From assembly GCF_004010195.1 (NCBI RefSeq), contig NC_057719.1, forward strand, positions 24,405,465-24,469,464: a stretch of DNA of 64,000 nucleotides, in the 5' to 3' direction. A program made the translations under genes and the position numbers. Below the pieces are notes generated by a model. It had not been told where the DNA came from. It was given only the letters and a program-made list of their open reading frames with translations, and searched no databases. The DNA is from Chiloscyllium plagiosum (lineage: Eukaryota). Positions 11,522 to 24,164 of this stretch are shown here, one piece after another. Each line of letters starts with the position of its first letter. Position 1 is the stretch's first letter.

Positions 11522-14339
11522 ACACCTGTTTAAGTATCATCTGCAAACTTGGCAATGGTACATTCACGATTCTCATCCATGCCAGAGGATAGCAGTAACT
11601 TAAAGGCATTATCTATACAATTTGTATGGATGCTGCTTGGGGTCAGCAATATGAGTTTGAACTGTTTTCCCTAGTGGATGTCTTTAAAAGCAAAGGTCAC
11701 CACTGGAATGTTCAAAAAGCCAATAATTTGTTCTGCCTCCATTTGACTCATGTCAGCAATTGGAATTATGCTGGGAATTTTTTTTAACATCTCAGGAAAA
11801 AGTTGTTCGTACCCTTAAAACTCTCCAAGCACTTCAGTAAATAAGTTCTGTGTTCAGACTTCGGCAAGGATATTTTTCAATAAGTCCTCAAGCAACATGT
11901 AAAGCCAAAAGTTATTACAAATGGATTTGGCAATTTTTGATGCTCCGGCTATGACTTTGTCACACGCTATTAATAATTTTCATGCGATTACATGGGATTT
12001 AATTGGCAGATAGATATGCTTACTTAGTTAGCAATGTCTTGTTTCTGGAACCATTTTCTTCATGTGAATATATTTATTTTTCCATTTCTGTAGCTGACTA
12101 AAGTTATAATCTGAAGATTTAGCTCATAATTGAAACAAAGCTTCACAAAGACAAGACCAATGGCAATGTAATCAAACACTTTACACTATCTCATTCGGAC
12201 TGGAGTAAGCACTTCATACCGGTAGTTTACAACACAACACAACACTAAGGAATTCTGATGAATCTTTAGCAGAGAATGATGACCAATAATTGACCAACTA
12301 TTGGGTTCTGATATGTTTTGCAGTAATAAACAGAATCAGGGGAAGAATAGAAATTAACATTGACACTGACAGCATGGAGGTAGTGATTGAGAGATGTGAC
12401 CAGCAGAGGTTGACTGCTGGAAGAGGTAAGTAGAAATGAATAGCTCAACTGGCTGGGAAAGGTCCCAGGGAAAATTAAGACCAGCAAATTGTGCATCCTT
12501 TCAGCTCACTATCTTTCTCTGCAGCAAATACAGCAGGTATACCAGAGTGGGGCTCCTGAGTGACAGCAAGTGAAGCTTAACAAAGAGTTGACCACCACAG
12601 TGCAAACCATTGACTTACAGAAAGCTCTCATTACACAAAGATCAATGTTTAAATTGTATCAGGGAATGGTTTTCAAATCATTTTTCTATGGCTATGAAGC
12701 ATAGACAACATACTGGCATCTTTGTATTGTTGATGACATACTGGTTTCCTTCCTGAACACTCATCCTGCAAAATAATTAGAGAATCCAATAACATGTTAT
12801 TCAATAACTGGTAGAGATTAGATTGATATCAACACCAGAGGCTGAGCACAGATTATTCCCTTCCTCAACTGGATGCATTTTGAATATTCTCCTTCAAACA
12901 TCCTGAGATTGTGACTGCACTCCATCATTAGACCACCAGCAATCAAGAGATCAAACACTAAAGGGTCAGATTCCTCATTCCCTTTTAGTAGACCACCAAG
13001 GGGAAAACATGCATTTAAAAAAGCTGGATCCTGTGTCTGCAGACATCTAAAACTGGCTCCTATGTGTATGTACATGTTGGAACACTTTGTCTGCTGATGC
13101 TCACCACTACTTTCAATAGCACACCACCATCTGGGATTTAAAGATGAACTCTAATTCAAGAATTTGCAAACCAGGCTTATTCAGATTTAATATTAATCAT
13201 ATCAATCACTCATCCCTGACTGACATCTGCCAACAAACAGATCATGTACTAAGATCACATTTGCGAGGAAGGTCTTGAATCTAACTTCTTTAATAGTTCA
13301 GCAAGGCTGTGGAATCATCATTTTAAGTCATTACACATTTGTTATCAAGATAAATTGTGTTTCACCAGACCCTAATTTAGATGCACCCTGGGTTTCAAAG
13401 GGGAGAGATTCTTTGCCGAAGCCTATCATTTGAGACAGATGGTGTACTATTATAAATGAATAGCTCCTGTCAGCGTCACAGCATGAATTTTACAATTGTG
13501 TTGGTCGTGAGATGGTGTATGGTTGAGAGACATCTGCTTAGTGTTATGAATCTTATATTTTTACTTCAAAAATGAGGAAAACAACAGGATATATTGTAAG
13601 TTTGCTGGCAGCAGTGTGAAAGCATACGTTTGCAAAAAACTTCTTACAGTAGCTCACTATATCAGCCTGCATGCAGGCCTTTGCTGGGGATTCTAAGAGT
13701 CTGATTAATGTTTCCATAGCAACATGATTGTGAAAGACTGGAAAGAGCAGTGAAGTGCCAGTTTATAACCCTATGACTGTCTGCCCAACACAAAGATAAA
13801 TTCCAAAAATGGTCATATAGCCTGTATAACTAGTTTAATAGCTGGTGGGACAGGATTTCTTTTGCTGTGTTTTAAGTTGTGAAGTAAATGGTGTGTAATT
13901 TTAGCTCAATTTTTGTGATTATCTGTTCTTATAAGCCATTTCATTTATGATCATCCTTTCAGGATTGGATCAACAATTTTGTACCAAAATTGTCACAAGC
14001 TGTTGTTTCAAGTTACATTTTTCTACTGTTCAGGTAATATGGAGAAAGAGTAACTCTTTTACAATCCAATGTACTTATTTCCTTCTGCGAACATAGACCA
14101 TGCAAGTTGTATTAACTCAATTCTAGATTTATGTGGCTTTCAAAAGCATTTATACTTCACTCCAGATATTAGGTGTGTTTAAGTTTGAAATTGTGAGTAA
14201 TTATGATTTTGGATGAGTAGATATGATACATTATATTGGTTCAGCTGCACCCACAACAAGTCTAGCAATAGGCTGTTCTCCCTCTTCACTAAAACATTAC
14301 AGGTCAGTAGTCAGCAGAAAAAATTAAAATCACAGAAAA

Positions 14340-14790
14340 TAAATGGAAGCAGAATCTTACTTGAAAGCAAAGAAGAATTAAGAATTATAGTTTTGAGTGA
14401 TGGTGTCATTGAAACATTTAAGATGAAAGGCTGTGGCTGGGTTGCACTGAGTGCTTGTTACATCTGACTGGGGAAATCTATAAGATGGTCGCACATAGCC
14501 TCAGGTTAAGGAGTTGCTCATTTAGGACTGAGATGAGGAAAGATTTCTATATTCAGAGGATTGTGAATCATTGGAACTCTCTTCTCTGGAGGATGTAAGT
14601 ACTCCATCAATGAGTGTAATCACCATTGGGATGGGTAGATTTTTGATCTCCCAGGAAGTCAAGGGATATGGGAAGTGAACAGAAAGTGGAGTTGAACTGG
14701 AGAATCAACTGTGATTGTACTGAATGATAATGCATGCCTGAAGAGCATTGTGGTCTGGTACTACTGCTAATTCTTATGTTCTCATGATTT
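14340..14790 (+). mobile_element. Old CR1 3' end
   Basis: TTTAGGACTGAGATGAGGAAAGATTTC..CAGAGGATTGTGAATC and the TTCTTATGTTC tail. Confidence 0.65.
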
Positions 14791-15784
14791 GATCAAAAAG
14801 GATAAAATTATTAAACATTTATGAAGCCCAGCCTCACTTTAGAAACTTTTAAAGTAAGTCTAAACAAATTTATACACTAAATCTTTATTGTGCAATGCTT
14901 CCCTTTTCTTGCTTATCCAGTTTTTAAATGATCCTCCATTCTTCCCACTTCTTTCCCCAGGCTTGATGCAAACTTGTGGACTATTTGGATTTCAGCTAGC
15001 ATTTCCAACACACATTATTTTACTGTGTCCTTCTGTGAGCGTAATTGACTCTCCAGGTTACTCAAGGGCGAACCTTAGGGTTTATAATCAGTGTTAGAGA
15101 CATGCAAGCAATGCAATGGACCTCTGACAGTGTGACAATAACAGTTCCAAAAACTCAGGTATTTCCTTCAGTAAAATAAAGTTAAATAAAATGGAATTAT
15201 GAATGGAAAACAACAAAACCTTGGAAATCTGTGGGATGTCAATCAACATCAGAATGAGACAAGTGGGGGCTAAATTGAATAGCCCCTCAAAAAGGCCCTG
15301 AATTGTGATGGCGATTAACCCATGACCCTTCAAAGTAACGTAGGCAGCACGCCAACTTTGAGCTGCCAACTTATTTGAATGATAGCTGTGTGCAGTCAGA
15401 ACTAACCATTCTGCTTTTAACAGAAGGGAACCTAAAATTGGAACTTGCTAAGCCCCAGTTAAAGCTCGCTTGAACCTCAAAAAGCTAGCCTCTTACTGAT
15501 TAGATACTGATAGTCCTGTAGGACGTGGTTCTGGCCAAATAAATAGTGAATACTAGCACAACATGGGAGACAATGGCCTTCAAAAGTTTTAGACATTGTG
15601 ACAGAGGAACACTGAGAAGACAGTGATAATGAAATCACTGTACCATCATTTAGTTATGCACTCACATCCACCAGGTCAGATGCTAATACTGCAAATATTT
15701 CTTGGGAAAGATCCAAGGCACAACCTGCATGTTGGAAGATACCATGGCTACACTCAGCTCCAGCCAGAGTAGAAGGTAAAGATG

Positions 15785-16030
15785 ACAATAAAAGCTGGAA
15801 GTGCTGGAGGAACTGGACAGGTCTGACAGCATCTGTGGAGAGAGCAACATAGTTAATGTTTTGAGTTCAATCTGACTCTTCTTTGGAACTGAGGTTCCGG
15901 AGAAGAGTTGCATTGACTCAAGATGTTGCATCTGATTCTTTCTACACATACGCTGCCAGATCCAGTGAATTTCTCCATCCTTATCTTTTTTTAAATTTCA
16001 GATCTCCAGCATCTGCAGAACTTCGTTTTG
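15785..16030. mobile_element. Old fold-back PLE end (diverged relative of family 1)
   Basis: Imperfect inverted repeat centred near 15892 (CTCTTCTTTGGAAC..GTTCCGGAGAAGAG); tail CTCCAGCATCTGCAG. Confidence 0.7.
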
Positions 16031-16044
16031 GTAAGGACAGCAAC

Positions 16045-16327
16045 CATATTTTCAAAATAAGAAGAGAAAGATTTTAAAAATACAGGCCGGGCAATTTTTT
16101 TACACAGGGGGTGGATTGTGTGTGGAATGAACTTCCAGAGGAAATGGTGGATGCAGGTATAGTTACATCATTTAAAAGACGTTTAGATAATTACATGAAT
16201 AAGAAATGTTTGCAGAACTATGGGCCAAGTGCAGGCAGGTGGGAGTGGTTAGTTTGGAATGATGGTTGGCATGGACTGGTCAGACTGAAGGGTCTGTTTC
16301 TATGCTGTATGACTCTACGACTCTATA
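16045..16327 (+). mobile_element. CR1 3' end
   Basis: VWNELPEEMVDAG..FKRRLDNYMN; tail ATGACTCTACGACTCTA. Confidence 0.85.
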
Positions 16328-16384
16328 ACCATCTAGCTAGCTAGAGAATAAGGTTACAAACTGGTTCTGGTGTGAAGACATGAC

Positions 16385-16712
16385 AGGGTGGATGTGGATA
16401 TGATGTTTCCTGTGGCTGATGGGTCTAGAATGGGGATGTCATCTCTGAATAAGGGTAGAACATTTAAGACTGAGATTAGGAGAAATTTCTTCATTCAGAG
16501 ACTGGTGTGTCTTTTCTCCTCCCACAAAGCTATGGAAGCGATGGAATACAATCATTGTGCATATTCAAGGTGATAATTGTCAGATTTCTGTATGCTAAAG
16601 ACATCAATGTGTTCTGAAAGCAGAGGGAAAATGATGTAGAGTGAATGATCAGCTATGCTTTGTTTGATTGACAAAGTAAGATTAATCGGTCAAATGGCCC
16701 AATCTGCTTATA
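16385..16712 (+). mobile_element. Old CR1 3' end
   Basis: FKTEIRRNFFIQR motif followed by a degenerate 3'UTR. Confidence 0.65.
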
Positions 16713-16722
16713 ATATCAGTGT

Positions 16723-17073
16723 TAGAGACAAGAAAAATGCAGATGCTGGAATCCAAAGTAGACAGGCAGGAGGTTGGAAGAACACAGCCAGCCAGACAGC
16801 AACAGGAAGTGGAGAAGTTGACATTTAGGTTGCAAGCCTTCTTCAGGAATGGGGGTGGTTGTAGGGGGAGGCGGGGGCAGGGTCGTGAAGTGGGGATAGG
16901 TGAAGACAGGCAGAAGATACGACCTGGTTGGTCAATGGGAGGAATGAATCTAGTTGGTGGCAGAGAGCAGTAGAAGGGAGGGGGTGGGGCTGAGAAGGGA
17001 GTTGGGGGATAGGGAGGGAAGTAACTTGAAATTGGAGAGCTCAATATTGAGTCCTCCCGGCTGTAGGGTACCA
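16723..17073 (-). mobile_element. PLE 3' terminus including the end of the ORF
   Basis: Minus strand encodes GTLQPGGLNIELSNFK, typical of a PLE GIY-YIG C-terminus, then a C-rich UTR, decayed hammerhead CTGAAGA..TAAATGTC and tail TCCAGCATCTGCA. Confidence 0.75.
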
Positions 17074-17850
17074 GTATTCCAGTGAACATTCTGATGGAGT
17101 AGCCTACAGAATAAGTCTGATGGTTATTCACAATTAAATGGTTAGTGTGGTTGCAAACCTGCCAGAAGAACTATGATTACTGTCACTCACCATGAATCTT
17201 GAAACCTGCACTGGAAAGTAGTGCCGGGCTCCTAGACAGTGGTCTGGGCAACAGATTGCATTGTCTCCAAGTGCCACCAAAAGAAAAGAACTGCTATAGA
17301 GAAAGGAAAACCTGTGAATGTAAATTCAGCACCTTTTTAGCAAAGTCACATGTGAATGTAAGGGAGTGTTCCACCTGTAAAGGATTAAGAAACAGGGAGC
17401 AGTTTAAAAAGAAGAGATGGGGCTGAATACCCACCACCACACCCCAATCCCTCTCAGAAAAAGTGACCTCCTGTTTTACCCAGCCAGAATATACAAAAAA
17501 GGATTAAAATAAACTATTTCAACAATGGTATGTATGTGATTTTGGTTGGACGTGGACTGGAAAGCTAAGCGGCCACAGCTCTAACAACAACTATGCAACC
17601 ATTTAAATGCCCCTGCACTACAGGTAAAGCAAAACAGAAAGACTTCTCGTCTCTTTGAGTGCTGCCAGATAAATTCAAAAGGAAATAGGACAAAGGAATT
17701 TAATTCAAGTTATAAAACCAAGAATCTCAAGACTGATTGTTCTCTGCCAATGTCAGCACTACTGGTGCCTTTCAATAACAGCCTTGATATCTTTGTATCT
17801 GGTTATCATGGGCAAATCAGAAATTTTTAAAAATTAATCTTTTTTTTTTA

Positions 17851-17984
17851 GGGGGTATCCAAGATGGCGGCGACCCAGTAAGACTGAGTCTATAGTGCTC
17901 CTCCCAAATATCTGAGAGTTTTGTTTATTTTTGTAAACTTGTAAAAATGTTAAATTTCTAATAAAAATATCTATAAAAAAAAAA
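17851..17984 (+). mobile_element. ~135-bp L1-derived bipartite retrocopy (5' head joined to a poly(A) tail)
   Basis: Starts GGGGGTATCCAAGATGGCGGCGACCCAG, similar to the L1 5' end at 18475; ends AATAAA...A-run. 16-bp TSD AAAAATTAATCTTTTT (17829-17844 and 17980-17995) preceded by TTTTT. Confidence 0.75.
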
Positions 17985-18315
17985 TTAATCTTTTTGGACA
18001 CACCCCTTATTTAAATTCTCTATCCATGTATTTCTTCTTACTTCTAATAATTTACAAACGTTTTTATTGATTCAAGGAAGCCTGATTAAATAGGTTCCTT
18101 TTAAAATATAAGTTCATTTGTTTCTTGAGAAAGGTATTTACAGGGAAAGGGATCCTTTTGCAATTAACCTTGTCCAACAAATGGGGCATGTGATTAGAGA
18201 AGAAGAGCCAATTAAACCCTCTTCACCTGAGTGTTTAACAATTTGGATATGTCATCTTGAGTCGTAGCAAACCAGGACCTGATCAGGAGTACTAGAACTC
18301 TATGGGAAGCTAGGG

Positions 18316-18472
18316 AAGTGCAAGTGGAGTTTAATTTAGATAAATGTGAATTGCCGCAATTCGGAAAGGTAAATCAGAGCAGGACTTATATACTTAATGG
18401 GAAGGTCCTGGGAAGTGTTGCTGAACAAAGAGACCTTGGCTTTCAGGTTCATAGTTCCTTGAAAGTAGAGTC
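18316..18472 (+). mobile_element. CR1 fragment, left part of a copy split by the L1
   Basis: QVEFNLDKCE..FGKVNQSRTYILNGKVLGSVAEQRDLG..SSLKVES. Confidence 0.9.
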
Positions 18473-18645
18473 TCGGGGGATCCAGGATGGCGGTGACCTA
18501 GGACCGAGGATGGCTAGGCTCCACACCACGACATTGCCAGGACAGAGCTTTAACCCATCCTATCTATTGCTACTGTAAGTAAAACCACAGCAAAAGAGCT
18601 ATAGGACTTAAACATTTTACCTACCTTTGTTTTTACTGTGGAAGA

Positions 18646-19451
18646 ATGCTGAAGAAAGGAGGAAGTTCACCTGGGGCTGGGTCCTCGGTCCAACCCACTG
18701 AGGCGGCGGGCTTGCTTATTCACCAGGCCTTGGTTGTGGAGCTTGCCAAATCTAGCGAGGTCCTGGAGAGGCAGCTTGAAGAGAAAATCAAGGAAAAGCT
18801 GGCCCCAGTCTGCTATGCTGCAAGACCTGGCGAAAAGGACTGATGAGCTCAAGCACCAGACTACAGGGGTGGAGGCAGAGGCTGATTCTTTTCAAGTGTT
18901 AGACAGATGCCTTGGAAACACAAGTCTGTGGTTTGCTGGATCTGGTGGATGATCTTGAAAACAGGGGTAGAAGAAAGAACCTTCGTGCTCTTTGCACATC
19001 AGAGGGGATGGAAGGTCAGCGACCAGAGGAATTCTTTGAGAAGTGGTTCCTGGAATTTCTTAATTTGGAGGCTGAGAAGGGAAGGATAAAGATTGAGAAA
19101 GCCCTCCGGGTGATGGCACGAAGGACAGGAATGGACCAGCATCCTCTCCCTGCCCTGGTACAGTTCCATCATTATAAACATAGACAGAGAGTCATAGAAG
19201 CTTCCAGAGCCCAAGGGAAGGATCTGGAGGTGTTGGTGCGCGAGGGCTCCTGGGTTATGCTTTTCCAAGACTTTTCAGTAGCGATGATCTGGAAAAGGAA
19301 GCTCAATAACGACGTCAAGAAAAGATTAAGAGAGCTTGGGATCTAGTACTCTCTAAGAAAGCCAGCGGTACTTTGGATTAATTATATTGGATCTGTACAT
19401 TTATTTGACTTGCCAGAGAAAGTGAGGAAGTTTGTGGATACGCTGACTTAA
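18646..19451 (+). pseudogene. L1 ORF1 (coiled coil plus RRM/CTD), frameshifted
   Basis: DDLENRGRRKNLR, IKIEKALRV, FQDFS and KKRLRELGI motifs; internal frameshifts and a stop. Confidence 0.88.
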
Positions 19452-19826
19452 GCTGTGTCAGGCACAGCTGACAGAGCTGTTCAGGTTTGTCCTTCTTTAG
19501 ACAGGACTTGGTGGAGTCTCCTTTTGTTGGTAATAAGGTGCTTTAAATTATGCTCAGGATAGATAGAGTCTTTACCTTTAATTTCTAAGTTAAGTTATAC
19601 CAAAGGGTGGGTGATGTATTTACTTCTAACATACTTGTGTATAGTACTAACCTATTCTTTTCCACCAGGTTGCCTGTGTGTGTGGTGCGACACGAGTTGA
19701 TAGGAGTTAAGAGGTGGTTGAGATGGTTAGTAAGGTTTTGGGATGTGTAGGTGCCCCCTTTCAATGTTGGGTAAATTCCTCTAATCAATGCCATTGGTGC
19801 TTTTTTGTTTTACTGTTCTTGGTGCA

Positions 19827-19999
19827 CAGAGGAACTTCAATTATCCGAAGGACATGGGTGGGAGTATTTCCTTCGGTTAATTGCATTCTGGATAATCGAA
19901 TGCTGGATAACATAGTTTAGCCGAGCATCGAGGCATTGCAATCTTTCTGGATAATCCAATATTTGTATAATTGAATGCCGGATAATCAAGGTTCCTCGG
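19827..19999. mobile_element. Tc1/mariner (Tigger/pogo-like) MITE, 173 bp
   Basis: ~21-bp imperfect TIRs CAGAGGAACTTCAATTATCCG and CGGATAATCAAGGTTCCTCGG; TA on the right and CA on the left; internal GGATAAT repeats. Confidence 0.75.
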
Positions 20000-20150
20000 T
20001 ACATAGTTTCTGCAAGTTTCATAGGTTTGTTGGTAGTAGGTGTTTTAGTTTAAATAGTTTTTGTGTTTTGTGGACTTACTTATACTGAAGCTCAGTGATT
20101 CGTTGTTTAAGTTCTCCATCTCTGAAGGCTAAAGGGTGCTATCGAAGGTT

Positions 20151-23100
20151 ATGGCTAAGGATGTGTTCAAGTGTTATACCTGGAACATCAAAGGGAGTCA
20201 CTCCCTGGTCAAGAGGAAGAAGGTACTTTCCAGTCTTAAAAGGGAGAGGGTGGATGTTGCCATATTTCAGGAAACACACCTACATGATGCAGAGCATTCG
20301 AAGCTGCAACAGAACGGGTATGATCAGGTTTATTTATCATCTTTCAATATGAGTAGAGGGGTGGCCATTCTTGTTGGGAAGAATCATTTAATTTGTTAGA
20401 GTATATTAAAGACACACACAGGAGATTTGTCATCCTTAAAGCTTGGATACATGGGCAAGAATATGGGATTTAAATGTTTACTGTCACCCAGTCCACCTCC
20501 TCAAGTTCTTGATAGACGCACTTTCTAGACTGGTTAACCTCGTATCTCAACATATTATCATAGGGGAGGATTTTAGTTGTCTAGTAGATCCTATGGTGGA
20601 CAGATTACCTAAAGGCCCCCCGATACCTTCTTCATGATCTGAGCAATTAAGGGATTTGTGTATTGAACTAGGATTGGTAGATGTTTGGAGGCATCTTCAC
20701 CCTACTGGCAGGGATTTTACTTTCTTTTCGCATTTGCACAAATGCCCTACCAGGATTGATCTCTTTTTGACTCCTGAAGCATTTGGGCTCAGTGGCATCA
20801 TGTACAATTGGCAATATTACTATTTCTGATCATGGTCCAGTGTATTTAATGATCAAGGGTAAGGACACTATGGTAGGTTTGAGGCATTGGCAATTAGATC
20901 CCTTTATCCTTAAGGATAGCAAGTTTACTGAATTCTTTTCTACTGAATTCAGGGCTATTTTTAGACATTAATTTAGACTCAGCCAGTAATCCATTCATTC
21001 TCTGGGAAACTGCTCAAGGCTATGCTAGAAAGTTAGTTATTTCCTATTCTGCCAGTAAGAAACTGCAGAAGGGTGAACAGCAATGCTTGCTCGAGTCATG
21101 TCTGAAGGCAGCTGAAAAGGCATACTTTAATAGGCCCTGGTTGGCTAAACTGCAGAGGATTGTGTCAGTCCACACTGAACTTCATGCTCGCACAGACAGC
21201 TAAGAGGGAGAATACGTTTGCAAACCAAAGACTGTTTGTAGATAAGTACCTAGGGTATCTTGCCTGGAAAAAGAGCACTCCCCAAGCCATTGTTTCAATC
21301 AGGGAGGATACTGGAAATTTATTCCACAATTCTAAAAGGATTAAGAAATTTTACTACAAGCTATACCAGTCTGAAAGTTGTGAGGCTGGGTGGGTTAGGA
21401 AGGAGTCTTTTTTAAAGAATTTGGACCTTCCGGGTGTATCTACTTAGCAAGAGTCTCTCCTTAATGCCTGTTGTCAGTGCAAGAGATACAAGAGGCTGTG
21501 AGGCAGCTCCAGAATGGAGAGGCACCTGGTTCTAACGGACTTCCCAGTGAGTTTTATAAGGAATTTGTAAGTATACTATCAGGACCAATGCTTAGCATGT
21601 TTAATTATTCACATTGTCATGGTCTGCGAGGTGCTGCATTTTGGGAAAGCAAATCTTAGCTGGACTTATACACTTAATGGTAAGGTCCTAGGGAGTGTTG
21701 CTGAACAAAGAGACCTTGGAGTACAGGCTCATAGCTCCTTGAAAGTGGAGTCGCAGGTAGATAGGATAGTGAAGAAGGCATTTGGTATGTTTTCCTTTAT
21801 TGGTCAGAGTATTGAGTACAGGAATTGAGAGGTCATGTTGCGGCTGTACAGGACATTGGTTAGGCCACTGTTGGAATATTGCATGCAATTCTGGTCTCCT
21901 TCCTATCGGAAAGATGTTGTGAAACTTGAAAGGGTTCAGAAAAGATTTACAAGGATGTTGCCAGGATTAGAGGATTTGAGCGATAGGGAGAGGCTGAACA
22001 GGCTGGGGCTGTTTTTCCTGGAGCATCGGAGGCTGAGGGGTGATCTTATAGAGGTTTACAAAATTATAAGGGGCATGGATAAGGTAAATATGCAAAGTCT
22101 TTTCCCTGGGGTCAAGGAGTCGAGAACTAGAGGGCATAGGTCTAGGATGAGAGGGGAAAGATATAAAAGAGACCTAAGGGGCAACATTTTCACACAGAGG
22201 ATGGTATGGGTATGGAATGAGCTGCCAGAGGAAGTGGTGGAGACTGGTACAATTGCAACATTTAAGAGGCATTTGAATGGGTATACAAATAGGAAGGGTT
22301 TGGAGGGATATGGGCCGGGTGCTGGCAAGTGGGACTAGGTTGGGTTGGGATATCTGGTCAGCATGGACAGTTTGGACCAAAGGGTCTGTTTCCATGCTGT
22401 ACATCTCTATGACTCTATGACTCTTCCCACCATCTTTAAGAGAGGCAAATATCTCTCTTATTCGTAAAAAAGGAAGGTCCCATTGTACTATACTTTCTAT
22501 AGAGCCATTTCACTCCTAAATGTCGATTTTAAAATTCTATCTAAGACTCTGGCACTAAGGTTATAAACTGTTCCATCTTCCATCAATAAGGAGGATCAGA
22601 CAGGGTTTATAAAAGGTTACAGGTCATGGAATAATGTCTGGAGGTTACTTAATATGATCTAAGTATGTTAACAACAATTGATATGGGGATTACTGATCTC
22701 TTTAGACACGGAAAAGGCATTTGACCGGGTCGAGTGGCCATAGCTTTCTTATATTTTAAAGCAGTTTGGCATGGGTGAGGCCTTTATCAGATGGTTAAAG
22801 GTTTTGTATAGTGACCCTCTTGCTGCGATCCTCACCAATGGTGTGCGATCAAGAAATTTCAATATTCTTAGGGGCAGTTGACAGGGCTGTCCCTTCTCAC
22901 CATTGCTTTTTACACTGGTGATTGAACCACTGGTGGACGCAATATGTAGGGATCCCAATATATCTGCTCCAGAAGTGGGGACAAAGTCACATAAGATTGC
23001 ATTGTTAGCAGATGACGTTCTTGTCCTTTTATCAAACCCAACAGTTTCGGTGCCACATCTGATACAATGCATTAATTCGTTTGACAGCTTTTCGGGTTAC

Positions 23101-24160
23101 AAGATCCACTTTGCAAAATCAAAGGCCATGCCCATGGGTGGTCTCCCGAAAATGCCTGATCCTGAGGATGAATCTCGATTTCCTTTTAGGTGGTCAAAAG
23201 AGGGCTTTCTCTACTTAGTTATGTTTAAAATCAATTTTGCCCATTTATTCGACAAAATCAAACAAGACCTTCAAAGATAGAAGGCGCTTCCGATCTCCTG
23301 GTTATATTGGATATCCCTCATTAAAATGAACATTCTCCCCTGTCTGCTGTATCCTATGCAAATATTTCCTCTGCTTTTGCTAAGCAAATATTTAGAAGTC
23401 TGAACAGTTGGTTCAGTTCCTTTACCTGGTTTCACAAGTGACTCCTTATTAAATTGACTAAATTGCAGCTACCCCACAGACTGGGAGAAGTGGACCTCCC
23501 AAATATCAAAAACTATCAGTTAAGCTCGCTGCTATTTTATGTGAATGACTGGGCCCGGGCAACTCTTGCTCACTTTGGCTGGACACCGAGGAATCTCAGG
23601 CAAGGTGCCCCTTACGAGCTTGTTATTCTTGGACAGAATGAGGACAGTTAAGGATTATTGTCATAGCCCAATAGTTATTAATACTGTCAAAGCGTGGAGG
23701 GCAATGCAGCAGAGTGAGGAAATACTGCCAAAACATAATATTTTACACCCATAGTTGGTATGCTGGGTTTCCAGCCAGGGATGATGAACTCTGGGTTTAA
23801 ACTATGGGCAGCTAAGGGTGTGTCTTGACTGGTTGCCTAATTCGAAGGAGATACACTGATGTCTTTTGACCAGTTGGCTCGGAAATACAAGTTGCCCAGC
23901 AGGGACGTCTTCCGTTTTTTTCAAATTAGGAATTTCATACAAAAAGACTTCACACTTCTAACTGATTCTTTATAGATCTGACATGGAGAAAAGGGTGCTG
24001 AGTGCTGAGAACACACGTTCTGTCAGTAATATCTATCACCTATTGGGAGAGGGCCCCTTGGATATGTCCAATCAGCGCTTTAAGGTATGGGAGAGAGAGT
24101 TAGACATTGAGAACTCTTCTGAAGTATGGGAGGCTATCTGGGAAAATGGAAGGAGGATCT
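20151..24160 (+). pseudogene. L1 ORF2 (APE endonuclease plus RT), multiply disrupted
   Basis: TWNIKG..KRKKVL..FQETHL, ISDHGPV, APGSNGLPSEFYKEF, SLDTEKAFDRVEW, QGCPFSPLLFTLVIEPL, LADDVL, FSGYKI. Confidence 0.92.
21625..22424 (+). mobile_element. Young CR1 3' fragment inserted in L1 ORF2
   Basis: Long open CR1 ORF2 C-terminus and a TCTATGACTCTATGACTCT tail. The L1 reading resumes after it (PPSLREANISLIRKKG). Confidence 0.95.
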
Positions 24161-24164
24161 TGAT

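Larger units (their letters stand above)
10385..11581 (-). mobile_element. Old CR1 fragment interrupted by a PLE hairpin
   Basis: Reverse-complement CR1 3'UTR through RT (TATCATCTGCAAACTT). Confidence 0.75.
18475..24160 (+). mobile_element. L1 LINE, 5'-complete, 3'-truncated and decayed, with nested MITE and CR1
   Basis: G-rich start GGGGGATCCAGGATGGCG, ORF1, long T-rich spacer, then ORF2 endonuclease and RT motifs in order. Confidence 0.92.

Noticed and set aside
13973..13993. Inverted repeat ACAATTTTG-TAC-CAAAATTGT
   Set aside because: 9-bp AT-rich arms are expected by chance in 64 kb.
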